From the human T2T-CHM13v2.0 reference genome, Homo sapiens, in assembly GCF_009914755.1 (NCBI RefSeq), contig NC_060936.1: a DNA stretch of 64,000 nucleotides, one strand, 5' to 3'. Under the pieces are notes generated by a model, which saw only the letters and a program-made list of their open reading frames with translations, was not told the DNA's origin and made no database searches. Both the position numbers and the translations under genes were made by a program. Every line of letters begins with the position of its first letter. The stretch's first letter is position 1. Shown here piece by piece: positions 44,031 through 57,025 of the stretch.

Positions 44031-44419
44031 GGTGTGCTTATTGTAATTAACACACCCGAAATATGAGACGTTCAGACCTTTCCAAATACTTGGGAATTTA
44101 AGGTAGCATGAGAAAGAGAGCATGAACAAAACATTGACTGCGGACTTGCTACATACTAGAAACTATGCAAAATGCTTTGTATTGATTACCTAAGTTAATC
44201 TTCATAACAACCATGTGAGACGGGGGCTTTTATAACCCCTGGATTTTTAAATGAAGAACTGAAGAGCAGAAAAGTAATTTATCAAAGATCACACAGCTAG
44301 TTCACATTGCAGGCAAGATTTGGAACCAGGCTGCCTGATTCCAGAGCCAATGACATTAACCACTACATTATACTTCAGTCTCATTGTTTTTATTTACCTT
44401 TGATTATAATAAAGTGGAG

Positions 44420-45035
44420 ACATTTTTACTTGTATAAATATAAGGGGTCCAAGTGCAGTTTTGTTACAGGGATACATTGCATAGTGGTGAATTCTGGGCT
44501 TTTAGTGTAATCATCACCCAAATAATTACATTGTACCTTTTAAGTAACTTTTAATCCCTCACCGCCCAACCCCAACCCTCCCACCTTTCCTAGCCTCCAA
44601 TGTCTATCATTCCATCCTCTATGTCCATGTGTACATATTATTTAGCTCCCATTTATAAGTGAGAACATGTGGTATTTGACTTTCTAAGTTCTTTCACTTA
44701 AGATAATGGCCTCCAGCTCCATCCAAGTTGCCAAAGACATTATTTCATTCTCTTTTACAGCTGTATAGTATCCCATTGTGTATGTGCATATCACATTTTC
44801 TTCATCCAATCATCTGTTGATGGACACTTAGATTGATTCCATATCTTTGCTATTGTCAATAGTGCAATAAACATACAAGTGCAAGTATCTTTTTGCTACA
44901 ATTATTTATTTTCATTTGGATAGATACCCAGTCGTGGGATTCCTGGATTAAATGGTAATTCTTTGAGATATTTCCATGAAGTTTTCCAAAGAGGTTATAC
45001 TAACTTATATTCCCACCAATGGTGTATAAGCATTC
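44420..45035 (-). mobile_element. L1PB4/MA1-like 3' end
   Basis: ttagctcccatttataagtgagaacatgtggtatttg and neighbouring 3'UTR motifs. Confidence 0.85.
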
Positions 45036-45734
45036 CTAGACCTTTTATGTTTCATGACCAATTTCATTTTTTCTATGAGTAGCTTGTTTATATTCTTTGC
45101 CCAGTTTTTGTATTGAGTTTTTCATTATTTTTACTGATTTTCATCATTCTTACTGATTTGAAGAAGCCATTTTATATTTATAGATATTAACCCTTTCTAA
45201 TGTTGAAAATATTTCCCTTATTTCATCTTTCAGCCGAACTTATGGTGTACTTTGCCTGGCCATAATGTTTACTAAATCATTCTATCTTTCTTTAAATTTA
45301 TTGTTTCTAGCCTTGGTACCATTGAAAGAAAGGTCTTCCTGATTACAAGATGATAACAATATTCTCTAGTATTTCTTCCTATTTCTTTTTTTGATGAAAT
45401 TTTTTAATTTCTCTCTATTATGGGTATATGATATGAGGTATTTCCCAATGGAATAAACTAATTCAATACCACTTTAAAATAATTAATTGCCATCTAATTA
45501 CCCCAGTGAAATGCTTCCTTTCTCATATATTATTTTTCTGTACCTGTATTTCAAATCTGTATTTTGACTGTTTTGTTACATTCATCTATCTTCTCCAAAG
45601 ACTAATATTACATTATTTAATTTCTATAGCTTTATAGCATATTTTAATAGCTAAAAATAGATCTCTTCTGATATATATATTCTTAACTGTTTTTATCATG
45701 GGTTTATTCATCTGTATAATAGATGGTATAGTCA

Positions 45735-45868
45735 GACCAGGCACAGTAGCATGTGCCTATAGTCCCAGTTCCTCAGGGGGCTGAGGCAGGAGGATCACTT
45801 GAGCGTAGGAGTTTCAGTCCAGCCTGGGCAATACAGCAATACCTCATCTTTAAAATAAAAAATAATAA
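45735..45868 (+). mobile_element. FLAM-type free Alu monomer
   Basis: Single monomer with A tail and perfect TSD gtatagtca (45726-45734; 45869-45877). Confidence 0.9.
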
Positions 45869-46579
45869 GTATAGTCAAATTGTCAAATTTAAAAAAAAGT
45901 TTTGGCTGTAATTGCATTAAACTTATAGAAAAAGTAGGAAGAAATGAGATCTTTGCAATTCTGTATTTTTCCAGCTGAATCTGATTTCCATCTCTACAGC
46001 TTTGGTAACAGTCTTAGGCAAGGTACTTCACTTCATTAGACCTGAGTTTCCCCATAGGTAAAACCCAAGGATAATCACAGTAATAACCTCACTGTATTGT
46101 GAGAAGATTAAAGAAAAAATATAAGTATTAAATATACTACGCAATCCACAGAAGGTACTTATTAAATGTTATTTAATTGGTCTAACCTTTTTATATTTTC
46201 TTTATAGAACTCTTAAAAATATTTTAAAATTATTTTCTTTAACATACTTACATAGTGAATACTATGTGCCAGATATCATTCTAAATGTTTTCTAAATATT
46301 AACTCAATAAATCCTCATAGCAACGCTATCAAATGAGTACTATAATTACTACACTTTTCAGATTAAATAACTAAGGTACAGAGTAGTGAAGTACCTTGGT
46401 TCAGGTCACATGGCCCCTACCAGGTGAAGCAGGGATTCAAACCACAGCATGCCTTTAATCATTATCTATTGCCTTGTTATTTTAATTCCTAAGTAATTTA
46501 GTTCTTTATTACTATTCCACATGAAGTCTTATTTTTCATGTCTTTTAATTACTGCTGCTAGTTAGAACACTGTGTTTTT

Positions 46580-47370
46580 CAAATTCATTCACTCATTCAA
46601 AAAATAGCTATTGAGTATCCACTATATACAGGCACTGTTCTCATTGTTCTAGTCACTGACAACACAGCAGTTGGAGAAGGCTGTACAGAAAAAAGACAAA
46701 AATTCCTGCCCTCATGGTCTTTACATTCTGATTTAGTTAGACAAACAATATACAAATGAATATATAAATATATGAAGCAAGAAGTGGTATCAAGAAAGGC
46801 AAGAGGAACAGAGTGCTGTTTTATGCAGCATAGTCGAGGAAGCCTCTGGGATAATAGGGCAACTTTGGAAGAACATTTTAGGAAGAAATGGGCTTAATGC
46901 TGAGGAACAGCCAGGACAGCAGTGTGGCTGGAATAGGGTAAGCAAGGAAGAGAGCACAGAAAAGTGGGTCAGAGATGTGTGGCTGGATCATATAGAGCCT
47001 TGTGGCCATTCTGACTTTGGCCTTGACTGATATGGAAAGCCATCGGAGAGTTTTGAATGGAGAAATGACATGATCTGACTTGTATTCTGCTGCTCTGCTA
47101 AGAATAGTCTGAAGGGGAAAGGGTAGAAGCAAGGAGATCAGTTAGGAAATTACTATAGTAATGCAGGAAAAGATGATGACGGCTTAGAGCAAAGGGGTAG
47201 CATCATGTAGAGGGAAAAAATGCTTGGATTATGCATTTAAAGGTAAAGGAAACAGAATTTGCTGACAAATTGTGACGTGCAAAGAAAAGAAACAGGAAGG
47301 ACTGCGAGATTTCTGTCATGAGCAACTAGAAAATTGGAATTGCCATTTATTAATTTGGATAAGTTTGCAG
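46580..47370 (-). mobile_element. L2
   Basis: ttcattcactcattcaaaaaatagctattgagtatccactat start, and aatgacatgatctgactt. Confidence 0.8.
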
Positions 47371-47379
47371 AAGAGGTTC

Positions 47380-49010
47380 TCTATTATTTTTAGGTATAAT
47401 AATCATGTATCTCTTCCTTTATAATATTCATTCCATTTTTTCTCCTTACACAAACTGCATTGGCTAGAACCACTAAAATAATAAGAAGATAATCTTTGTC
47501 TTGTTGATGAATTTAACGGCATGCCTGGTAGGGCACCACCATTTAGTATGATGCTTGCTACTGGATTCTCATGGATACCTTTTCAGCATATTAAGGAAAC
47601 TTTTATTCCCTCAGTAAAGAACAAAAAGGTGGAATAGCATAATGGATAAAAGCACGGACTCAGGATTCAAACTGTCTGGACTAAAATGCTGATCCCCTCC
47701 CTAACTGCACCACCTTGGGAAAATTACCTAACTACTCCGTGCCTCAGTTCTCTCATCTATAAAATGAATATACCAGTAATAGCTAGCTCATAGGGTTACT
47801 GTAAAGATTAAATTAGATGTAAAGTGCTAGCACAATGCCTGACACATAATAATCATCCTTTCTGTAGGAAAAGTTTTTATCTAGAATGGCTCTTGTGGTT
47901 TGTTAAATTTATTTAGGATATCTTTCACGATGGTCATACAGCTTTTCCCTTTTAATACATTAACATATTTAATGTCGGATGAGAAGCATCTCTACACTAC
48001 TGGAAGTAAATTTATCTACTTATGGTGTATTTTTTTAATATAATCCTGAATTTGATTTGCTCTTTGTAACAGGATTTTGCATTCACATTCACATGTAAAT
48101 TGTCTCTGGTTTTCTTGTCTTTTTTATTTCAGTTTTGGAAGCAGGTTACATAAACTGAAGAGTTTGGGGCCTTTTTTCTAGTTTCCAGAATAATTCAACC
48201 AACATAGAAATTGATTATGTTAATTGAATATTTGAAAGAGCAAATGTAAAATCATCTAGGATTGGCACTTTTGTGGAGTAAACCCTTAATAAAATTCCAG
48301 TGTCTTCTATGGTTACTGACTTACTAATATAGTCGACTTTTTCTTACATTAATTCTGTCATTTACATTTCTCTAGGAAATAAGTTCTTTCCATTTAGGCT
48401 TTCTAATTTATTGACTAGAAATCATACATATTTTTAAATCGGTTGTTATTGTCCATATTTACAGTTCTATCACCATTGTAATTCCCAGTGTTCTGTATTA
48501 TTTTTCTCTCCTTGGTTAGTCTAGGTGGGGCTAGTTTATCAGCATATTCAGAGATTTAGTTAGCTTTATTTTTATCAAATGTCTATTGGATATGTTATTT
48601 ATTCATTGTTTATTTACTTTTTAATTAACTACTCTCTGTTCTTAACTATAAGAATTCAGTTACCTATTTCACATTTGAGTTGAATGCTTCACTCATTTAA
48701 TTTTATTCTTTCTTATTCAAAGGTAAAAGCATTATAGGCTGTGACATTTCTACGGAGGTTTTGCCCACATGACTTAGGTTTTGACGAGTTATTTTTCATT
48801 TCAATTATTATATACACAGCCTGTAATTCAGTTTTTGTGTCCTTTTTACTCTGAAAATTATAGTTGTTTTTTAAATTTATCAATGCTTAGAATCATTATA
48901 TGTCTTGCTCTATTTCTAGTGTTACCACATTATAGTCAGAAAAGAATTCTTCAACTTCTAATAATTTATTTAGAATTTTTTTGAAAACTAGTATGTAGTT
49001 TTTGTTATGT
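47380..49010 (-). mobile_element. Very old L1 (L1ME/M5-like) ORF2 with a MIR at ~47630-47850
   Basis: T-rich antisense ORF2 motifs (ccatttagtatgatgcttgcta; tgtaaaatcatctaggattgg). MIR core gtgcctcagttctctcatctataaaatg. Confidence 0.6.
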
Positions 49011-49016
49011 TACATG

Positions 49017-49467
49017 TGACAAAAGTTCTTTGATTAACCAAATTTTAGCTGGCCTCCTAAAACTTCTCCTAGGCCCATCTGTGTACTTCCTTGTAAAATA
49101 GCAAGAGCTCTGCTCAGTCAGTTTAGCAAGAACCTCCACCCTTGAGATCTTATCAGATTCCTCATCCTCCACCATCCCTCAGGTGATACCTGGTCACCAT
49201 GGCCTGTCTTCAGCTAGACTTTTCGAAGTTGGTTTAGCCAAAAACCCTCTTACCCATGTTTCCTCTTGGTAATTTTCCATCCACTGACCCCTGCCCTGTT
49301 CCCCGGCTATGAATTTCCACTTGCCCATGCTATATTTGGCACTGACCCCAATCTCTCTCCCCCACTGCAAAATCCCATTGCAGTGGTCCCTATACCTGTG
49401 ATAGTCCTGAATATTGTCTTCCTTACCTTGCTTTAACAAGCATCATTGAATAATTTTTGTTAATGCA
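49017..49467 (+). mobile_element. MER31-like ERV1 solo LTR
   Basis: tgacaaaagttctttgattaaccaaattttag start, gtcagtttagcaagaacc, ttggtaattttccatccactgacccc. Confidence 0.8.
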
Positions 49468-49711
49468 TGAGCATTGAAAAGTATATTCTATTTTTTAGGG
49501 AGAGATGTGTACTTTTCAAGCTTATTAATTGCATAATTCAAACCATCAATAACTATTTAGTTCGTCTACTTCATTCGCAAATTTTTGGAAATGTTACCAT
49601 ACACAGTATATCACTGTGATTGAATTATTACCAAATTTTCTTTGTATTTCTAAGTTTGCTTCATGTGTTTTGTTGCTGTAGTTTCTTCAGTTTGTTTGTT
49701 TGTATTAAGGC

Positions 49712-52550
49712 TTTTTTCCAACTTTTAGGTTCAAGGGTAGACATGCATAACGTGCAGGCTTGTTACACAGGGAAATGTGTTCCTACATCATTTCTGTCAT
49801 TTATGTTTTTCTAGGAGATAAGTTATTTCCATTTAGGTTTTCTAATTTGTTGACTAGAAATCACACATATTTTTAAATCTGTTGTTATCTTCTATATTTA
49901 CAGCTCTATTACCATTGTAATTCCTAATGTTCTGTATTATTTTTCTCTCCTTGGTTAGCCTAGGTGGGGCTAGCTGCACAGATCATCCCATCACCTGGCT
50001 ATTAAGCCCAGCATCCATTAGCTATTCTTCTTGATGCTCTCCCTCCTCTCACCCCCAACCCTCCAACAGGCCCTGTATGTGCTGTCCACTCCGTGTGTCC
50101 ATGGGTTCTCATCATTTGCCTCCCACTTATAAGTGAGAACATGTGGTATTTGATTTTCTATTCCTGCATTAGTTTGCTGAGGATAATGGCTTCCAGATCC
50201 ATCCATGTCCCTGCAAAGGACATGATTTTTTTCCTTTTTATGGCTGCATAGTATTCCACAGTGTATATGTACCATATTTTCTTTATCTAGTCTATCATTG
50301 ATGGGCATTTAGGTTGATTCCATGTCTTTGTTTTGTGAATGATGCTGCAATGAACATACATGTGCATGTATCTTTATAACAGAATAATATATATTCCTTT
50401 AGGTATATACCCAGTAATAGGATTGCTGGGTTGAATGGTATTTCTGTCTCTAGGTCTTTGAGAAATCGCCACACTGTCTTCCACAATGTTGAACTAATTT
50501 ACACCCCCACCAGCAGTGTAAAAGCATTCCTTTTTCTCCACAACCTCGCATCTGTTGTTTTTTAACTTTTTAATAACAGTCATTCTTACTGGTGTGAGAT
50601 GGTATCTCATGTCGTTTAGATTTGCATTTCTCTAATGATAGGTGATGTTGAGCTTTTTAAAAGTTTCTTGGCCACATGTATGTCTTATTTTGAAAAGTGT
50701 CTGTTCATGTCCTTTGCCCACTTCTTAATGGGGTTGTTTTTTTCTTGTAAATTTGTTTTAAGTTCCTTTTAGATGCTGGATATTAGGTGTTTGTCAGAGA
50801 GTAGATTGCAAGAATTTTCTCCCATTTTGAAGGTTGTCTGTTCACTCTGATGATAGTTTCTTTTGCTGTGCAGAAGCTGTTTAACTCGATCCTATTTGTC
50901 AATTTTTGCTTTTGTGGCTATTGCTTTTGGAATTTTCATCATGAAGTCTTTGTCCATGCCTATGTCCTGAATGATATTGCCTAGGTTTTCTTCCAGGGTT
51001 TTTCTAGTTTTGGGCTCTACATTTAAGTCTTTAATATATCTTGAGTTGATTTTTGTATAAAGTATAAGGAAGGGGTCCAGTTTCAATTTTCTGCATATAG
51101 CTAGCCAGTTCTCCCAGCACCATTTATTAAATAGGGAATCCTTCCCCCATTGCTTTTGTCAAGTCTGTCAAAGACCAGATGGTTGTAGGTGTATGATGTT
51201 ATTTCTGGGTTCTCTATTCTGTTCCATTGGCCTGTGTGTCTGTTTTGGTACCAGTACCATGCTGTTTTGGTTACTATAGTCTTATAGTACAGTTTGATGT
51301 CAGGTAGCATGATGCCTCCAGCTTTGTTCTTTTTGCTTAGGATTCTCTTTGCTATTTGGGCTCTTTTTTGGTTCCTTGTGAATTTTAAAATAGTTTTTTC
51401 TAATTCTATGAAGAATGTCAATGGTAGTTTAATAGGAATGGCATTGAATCTATAAACTGCTTTGGGCAGTATGGCCATTTTCATATTAATTCTTCCTTTC
51501 CATGAGCATGAAATGTTTTTCCATTTGTTTGTGTCATCTCTGGTTTCTTTGAGCAGGGGTTTGTAGTTCTTTTTAAAGAGGTCCTTCACTTCCCTTGTTA
51601 GCTGTATTCCTAGGTATTTTATTCTTTTTGTGGCAATTGTGAATGCGAGTTCATTCATAATTTGGCTCTCGGCTTGCCTCTTATTGCTGTATAGGAATGC
51701 TAACTATTTTTGCACAATGATTTTGCATCCTGAGACTGCTGAAGTTACTTATCAGCTTAAGAAGCTTTTGGGCTGAGATGTGGGGTTTTCTACATATAGG
51801 ATCACGTTATCTGCAAACAAAGATAGATTGACTTCCTCTCTTCCTATTTGAATACCTTTATTTCTTTCTTTTGCCGGATTGCCCTGGCCAGAACTTCCAA
51901 TACTTGAATAGGAGTGGTGAGAGAGAGCATCTTTGTCTTGTGCTGGTTTCCAAGGGGAATTCTTCCAGCTTTTGCTCACTCAGTATAATATTGGCTGTGG
52001 GTTTGTCTTATATGGCTCTTATTATTTTGAGGTATGTTCTTTCAATACCTAGTTTACTGAGAGTTTGTAATATGAAGGGATGCTGAATTTTAGCAAAGGC
52101 CTTTTCTACATCTATTGAGATAATCATGTGGTTTCTTTACTTCTGATTATGTAATGACTTAGTTTATTGATGTGTTTATGTTGAACCAGCCTTGCATCCC
52201 AGGGATGAAGCTGAGTTGATCGTGGTAGATAAGCTTTTTGATGTGCTGCTGGATTCAGTTTTCTGGTAATTTGTTGAGAATTTTTGCAGTGATGCTCATC
52301 AAGGATATTGGCCTGAAGTTTTCTTTTTTTGTTGTATCTCTGCCAGGTTTTGGTATCACAATGTTGCTGGCCTCATAGAACGAGGTAGGGAGGAGTACTT
52401 CCTTTTCGATTTTTTTGGAATAGTTTCAATAGGAATAACACCAACTCTTCTTTGTATCTCTGGTAGAATTCAGATGTGAAACTGTGTGGTCCTGGGTTTT
52501 GGTTGGTGGCTATTTATTACTGCCTCAATTTCAGAACAATATTGGTCTCT
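49712..52550 (-). mobile_element. 5'-truncated L1PA (PA8-PA11-like), ~2.8 kb, ORF2 broken
   Basis: ORF2 fragments 51101..51658, 50892..51086 and 50295..50486. L1PA 3'UTR. Confidence 0.93.
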
Positions 52551-53634
52551 TTAAGTTTTTCAGTTAAGCAAAAGAATGGCACATCATCTTTATGAATTAA
52601 ATGTTTTATTATTATTTTAAAAAATTGACTTTGTTCCATATATTGCTCTTTACCTTGAATTATGCCTTGTTATTAATATTACTACATCTGCTCTCCTTTT
52701 GTTTAACTTAACTAGTAGAGTTTTGCCTATCCATTTATTTTCCTTCTATTTCTGTCATTTTATCTTGGCTTTATCTCTTGAAAATGGCCTATAGCTACAG
52801 TTTGCTTTTTTGTTTTATAATCTGAGCAGCTTTGCCTTTTAATTCACTAACATTTGTTATTATTCCTGCTGCTAAATTGTATGTAATGTTTTTATTCTCC
52901 TTTCCTATTCTTTTCCCTCCTCTTCTCTCTTCTCTGTTTTCTTGATCAAGCGTTCTTCATTTCTTTATTCCTTTCTAGCTATTTTTCCTTAACATTTTAT
53001 TCCTAATAGTCCTTTACTTTTTGCAAATATATTAAACCTACATTTCTTACTGACATCAATAATTACATTGTAACTATGTCCATCTTTAACAAAACATAAC
53101 TTGCATCTTTTCCCACTTTTAACCCAAGGATTTTTGATAAAACAAGGTAGAATTTTAATGCTATAGTGTTACTATTTCCTCTTTTATTTCAGAAATACTT
53201 TAATAATTATGTTGTATTTGACAACCATGTTTTCAATAGCGACTTAGGTTTACTAATTTCATTGCTCACCATAGTTTCTTGAATATTTAAAAAGATTATA
53301 TGAGATACTGTGATATTTTGCTGCCTTCAGGTTACCAAAAGGCACAGAATTTACAAACATAGTGCCATGACCACTAAAGTCCTATATACTGGAATATGAT
53401 TCATCCACCCCAGAGTTGCAAGCAGTCTTTAGGAGATATAAAGATATGAGAAATCTTTTGAGAGATATGAAAAAAGGATTAGAACTATGATGTGGTCACA
53501 TTTTGCGGAATGCAGTCTTTGTGTAGACAGGTTATCTGTTCTCCTCCCCTCCCATAGGTGTAGAAGAAAAAAACACTCAACTGGGTTTCCTTCCCAAAGT
53601 TCACAGAAAGAAGAACCAAGAAAAACTTGAAGTG

Positions 53635-54468
53635 TGTTGCTGGGCCTCAGAAAGCAACACCCTAAATTATGATGTTTTGGCACGCTAAGTACTTTGAACT
53701 GAAGGACAGTGGCAGGGCCTCAGAAGCAAGGTCTCTCTCTTTTTTCTTTCTTTTTTTTTTTTCTTTGAGACAGGGTCTCATCATGTCACCCAGTACACAG
53801 TGCAATGGCAATCATGGCTCACTGCATTCTCAAACTCCTAGGTTCAAATGATCCTCCCACCTCATCCTCCTGAGTAGCTGGGACAACAGGTGCATGCCAC
53901 CATACTTGGTTGGAAATCCTTCTGTCCTTCTGAGCTTCTTTCTCCTGCTCCCCTTTCTTCCCCAAGGCAGGCCATAAAAAATAGAATTCCTCTTCCCCAA
54001 GGCAAGTCATATAAACTAGAAATATTACTCTAACCTTCTCCGACCTTTCTGTGTACAACCTGGCCATCAAGAAATTCTCTAACCTACTGTCTGATAGTAG
54101 GTCATAAGACCCTCATTCTAGAAGGAGTCCTGCCCTACACCCAGAAGGAACAAATGCCTCACAGAGAGGTCAAGAAGAACCTCAACTGACAGGCCTTGCT
54201 GGGTTTCCCCACTCAGTCTATTACCATTAAGTCATTCCCTTTTTGTCTAATCACATTCCTATGTGGCCGTCCATTCTCATCAAACCTAAAAATAAAAATG
54301 AACAGTTTTCCCTTGGGTCTTTACTTCTGAATGCTCCTGTGACATATAAAACTTTGATTAAATAAATCTGTTATTCTTTTTTCTTGTTAACCTATCTTTA
54401 GTTGTAGGAGTGTTGACCCTGACCCTTAAGATGGGTTAGGAAAGGTATCACACCCTTCTGCCCCTACA
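53635..54468 (+). mobile_element. MER39-like ERV1 solo LTR containing an antisense Alu right-arm fragment (~53740-53910)
   Basis: gctaagtactttgaactgaagga, acaggccttgctgggtttcccc, ends ctgcccctaca. Confidence 0.82.
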
Positions 54469-55094
54469 GTTGCTGCATGAAGGAATAACCGACAAATTCA
54501 GTCCATGGTTGAACTTTCCCTTTGCTTGACCTACCCCAAAGCTTAAGGCAGAGTGGGAGTAGAGGAAGAGGGACAGGGAAACATTAGACTGAAATGACAA
54601 ATTGTTCCTGGTGAAAAAGAACAGTTTCTAGAATGTATGGAACATGGGTCCTGCCCAGACCCAGGGAAGCCTGAATTGGGGCAGCAAATGGTGAATGAGA
54701 CTGAGAGCCACAGTCTGGCCATCAATCAGTGCAGCAGGAGGTAAACAAGCAGGAGAGGAAGAGAGCCTGAGGCTGACTGCATGGTGTGATAGCATCTATT
54801 TGTGGGAGGCTATTGACAAACCTGCTTTGGAGTAATGCTGAAGAGAAAAGGGTCAAAAATACTGTGGGCAGTCACAGTGTATGAGGCATCAGTTTTCAGT
54901 TTCCTCCTTGTCCCTCCTCCCTGCAAAGTGGAAGAATGGGGGCCAGGGACAGAGGGAACAGGAAGGGGAGGAAATAGAGAGAAAGAACAGACCATGTATT
55001 CCCTACCATTCTCTACCATACCAAGTTGCTTTTGCAAAGAGAAAAAGCATTAAATGAAATATGAGATGAAGTTTTCAAGTGGACAGGACCAACA

Positions 55095-56610
55095 AAGCTG
55101 GAAGACTTAAAGTACCATATATCACGATAATGTAAAAGAACAACTGGCACAGGGATACATAAATAGATCTATGGAACTGAATAGAACCCAGAAACAGACC
55201 CTAATCTATATAGTCCCTTGATTTATGACAAGGATGACATGGAAGTGAGGCACTTCTTATTAAATGACGCTGAGTCAATTTCATATCTATATACAAGAAA
55301 TGAATCTCAACCCATACCCTGAGCCATATATAAAAATAAATTCTAGACAGATTACAAGCCTAAATATTAAAGGGCAAAACAATAAAATTTCTAGAAGAAA
55401 AAAATTTAAAGGCACACAGCCCAATAAAAAATGAGCAACGTCAATGGTGGATTGCATTTAAAAAAAAAATGTGGTACAATACACCATGGAATACTACACA
55501 GCCATAAAAAGAACAAAATCATGTCCTTTGCAACAATTTGGATGCAGCTGGAAGCCACTATCATAAGAAAACTAACACAGAAACAGAAAACCAAATAACA
55601 CATGTTCTCACTTGTAAGTGGAGCTAAACACTGGGTATACATGCACATAAAGATGGGAATAATAGATACTGGGAAATAAAGAGGGGGAAAGGATGAAGTG
55701 AGACAAGGGTTGACAAACTACCTATTAGGTGCTATGCTCACTACCTGGATGATGGATTCATTCATATCCCAAACCTCAGAATCATGCAATATATCTGCAT
55801 ATGTATTCCCTGAATCTAAAATAACAGTTGAAAAAAACAAATAAGCAAATATTTGGACAGATATTTCAAAAAGAATATTCAAATACCAAATATATATATG
55901 TGTGTGTGTATACATATATGTATATACACATATACACATAGTTGTTCAACTTCCTTAGTTGTCAGGAAAAATGCAAATTACTATCACAGTGAGACACCAC
56001 TACATATCCACCAGAATGACTGAAATCAAAGACAGATGAAACCAAATGTTGCTGGGGATATGAATTCTCATACCCTGCTAGTAAAATATAAATTGGTGCA
56101 AACACTGGAAAGTTACTTAGTAGTACTTATTAAACCTTCAAATTTGCATACTCTGTGACCAGCAATTCAGAAATTCTTACCTATGTTCACTAAAAAACAT
56201 GTACAAGCATGTACAGCACTGTTCATAATAGTGCAAAACTGTCCATCAATAGTAGAAAGAATAAACTGTAGTACCTTCACAAAGAATACTACACAGCAAT
56301 GAAAAGCAACAAAACTATTATTACTCTCCACACAAAAATGTGTCTTACAAACATAAAATTGAACAAAAGAAGTCATATAGAAAATAACACATACTGAATG
56401 ATTCCATCTGAACAAGTTGAAAAACGAAAACAGGACAGTAATTACCCTTCTGGGGGATAGTAACTAGAACAGGGCACAACTGGGGTTTCTGAGATGCTAG
56501 CAATATTCTATTTCTTAATTTGGATTCTGGATACATAGATGTAATGACTTCGTGAAAATACATTGTGCTGTAAACTTATGATTTACATACCTCTCTGTGG
56601 GTTTATTTAA
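55095..56610 (+). mobile_element. Old L1 (L1MC/MD-like) interrupted by an L1PA16-like 3' end (~55465-55840)
   Basis: ORF2-like motifs at 55130-55400, catgttctcacttgtaagtggagctaaac, old 3'UTR to ~56600. Confidence 0.75.
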
Positions 56611-56850
56611 ACAAAATGACAAAAACTAAGTCTTAATAGCTGGAATGTGACTGTTTTAATAACAGAAAGTGAAAAATTATAGAATTGGATTTAGATGTCA
56701 TTAGGGAGCATGTTATTCAGCAGGAATGGAGATTTCATTAGATAACAGTGGTAACAGAAATTGGAAAAATACAATTGTTTTATGTTTATTCCTTATGATC
56801 TAAGAATTTTCAGTCATTTCAGTTATATTAATCTTTCCTTTTCTTGAAAT

Positions 56851-56922
56851 TGATGTGATTCAAAACATGTTATCCCAAAATATGGTATCTTCGCATTTGA
56901 GAAAACAGCAGAAGCAAGAAAG

Positions 56923-56975
<53 letters not shown>

Positions 56976-57025
56976 TACTCTCCCCTTTCTTCCCTGAAGC
57001 AGGCCACAAAGCCTAGCTGACCTTA
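56851..57025 (+). mobile_element. MER34-like LTR fragment with (TC)n expansion (56923-56972)
   Basis: ttcaaaacatgttatcccaaaatatggtatc..agcagaagcaagaaagtctctc. The microsatellite is seen directly. Confidence 0.65.
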
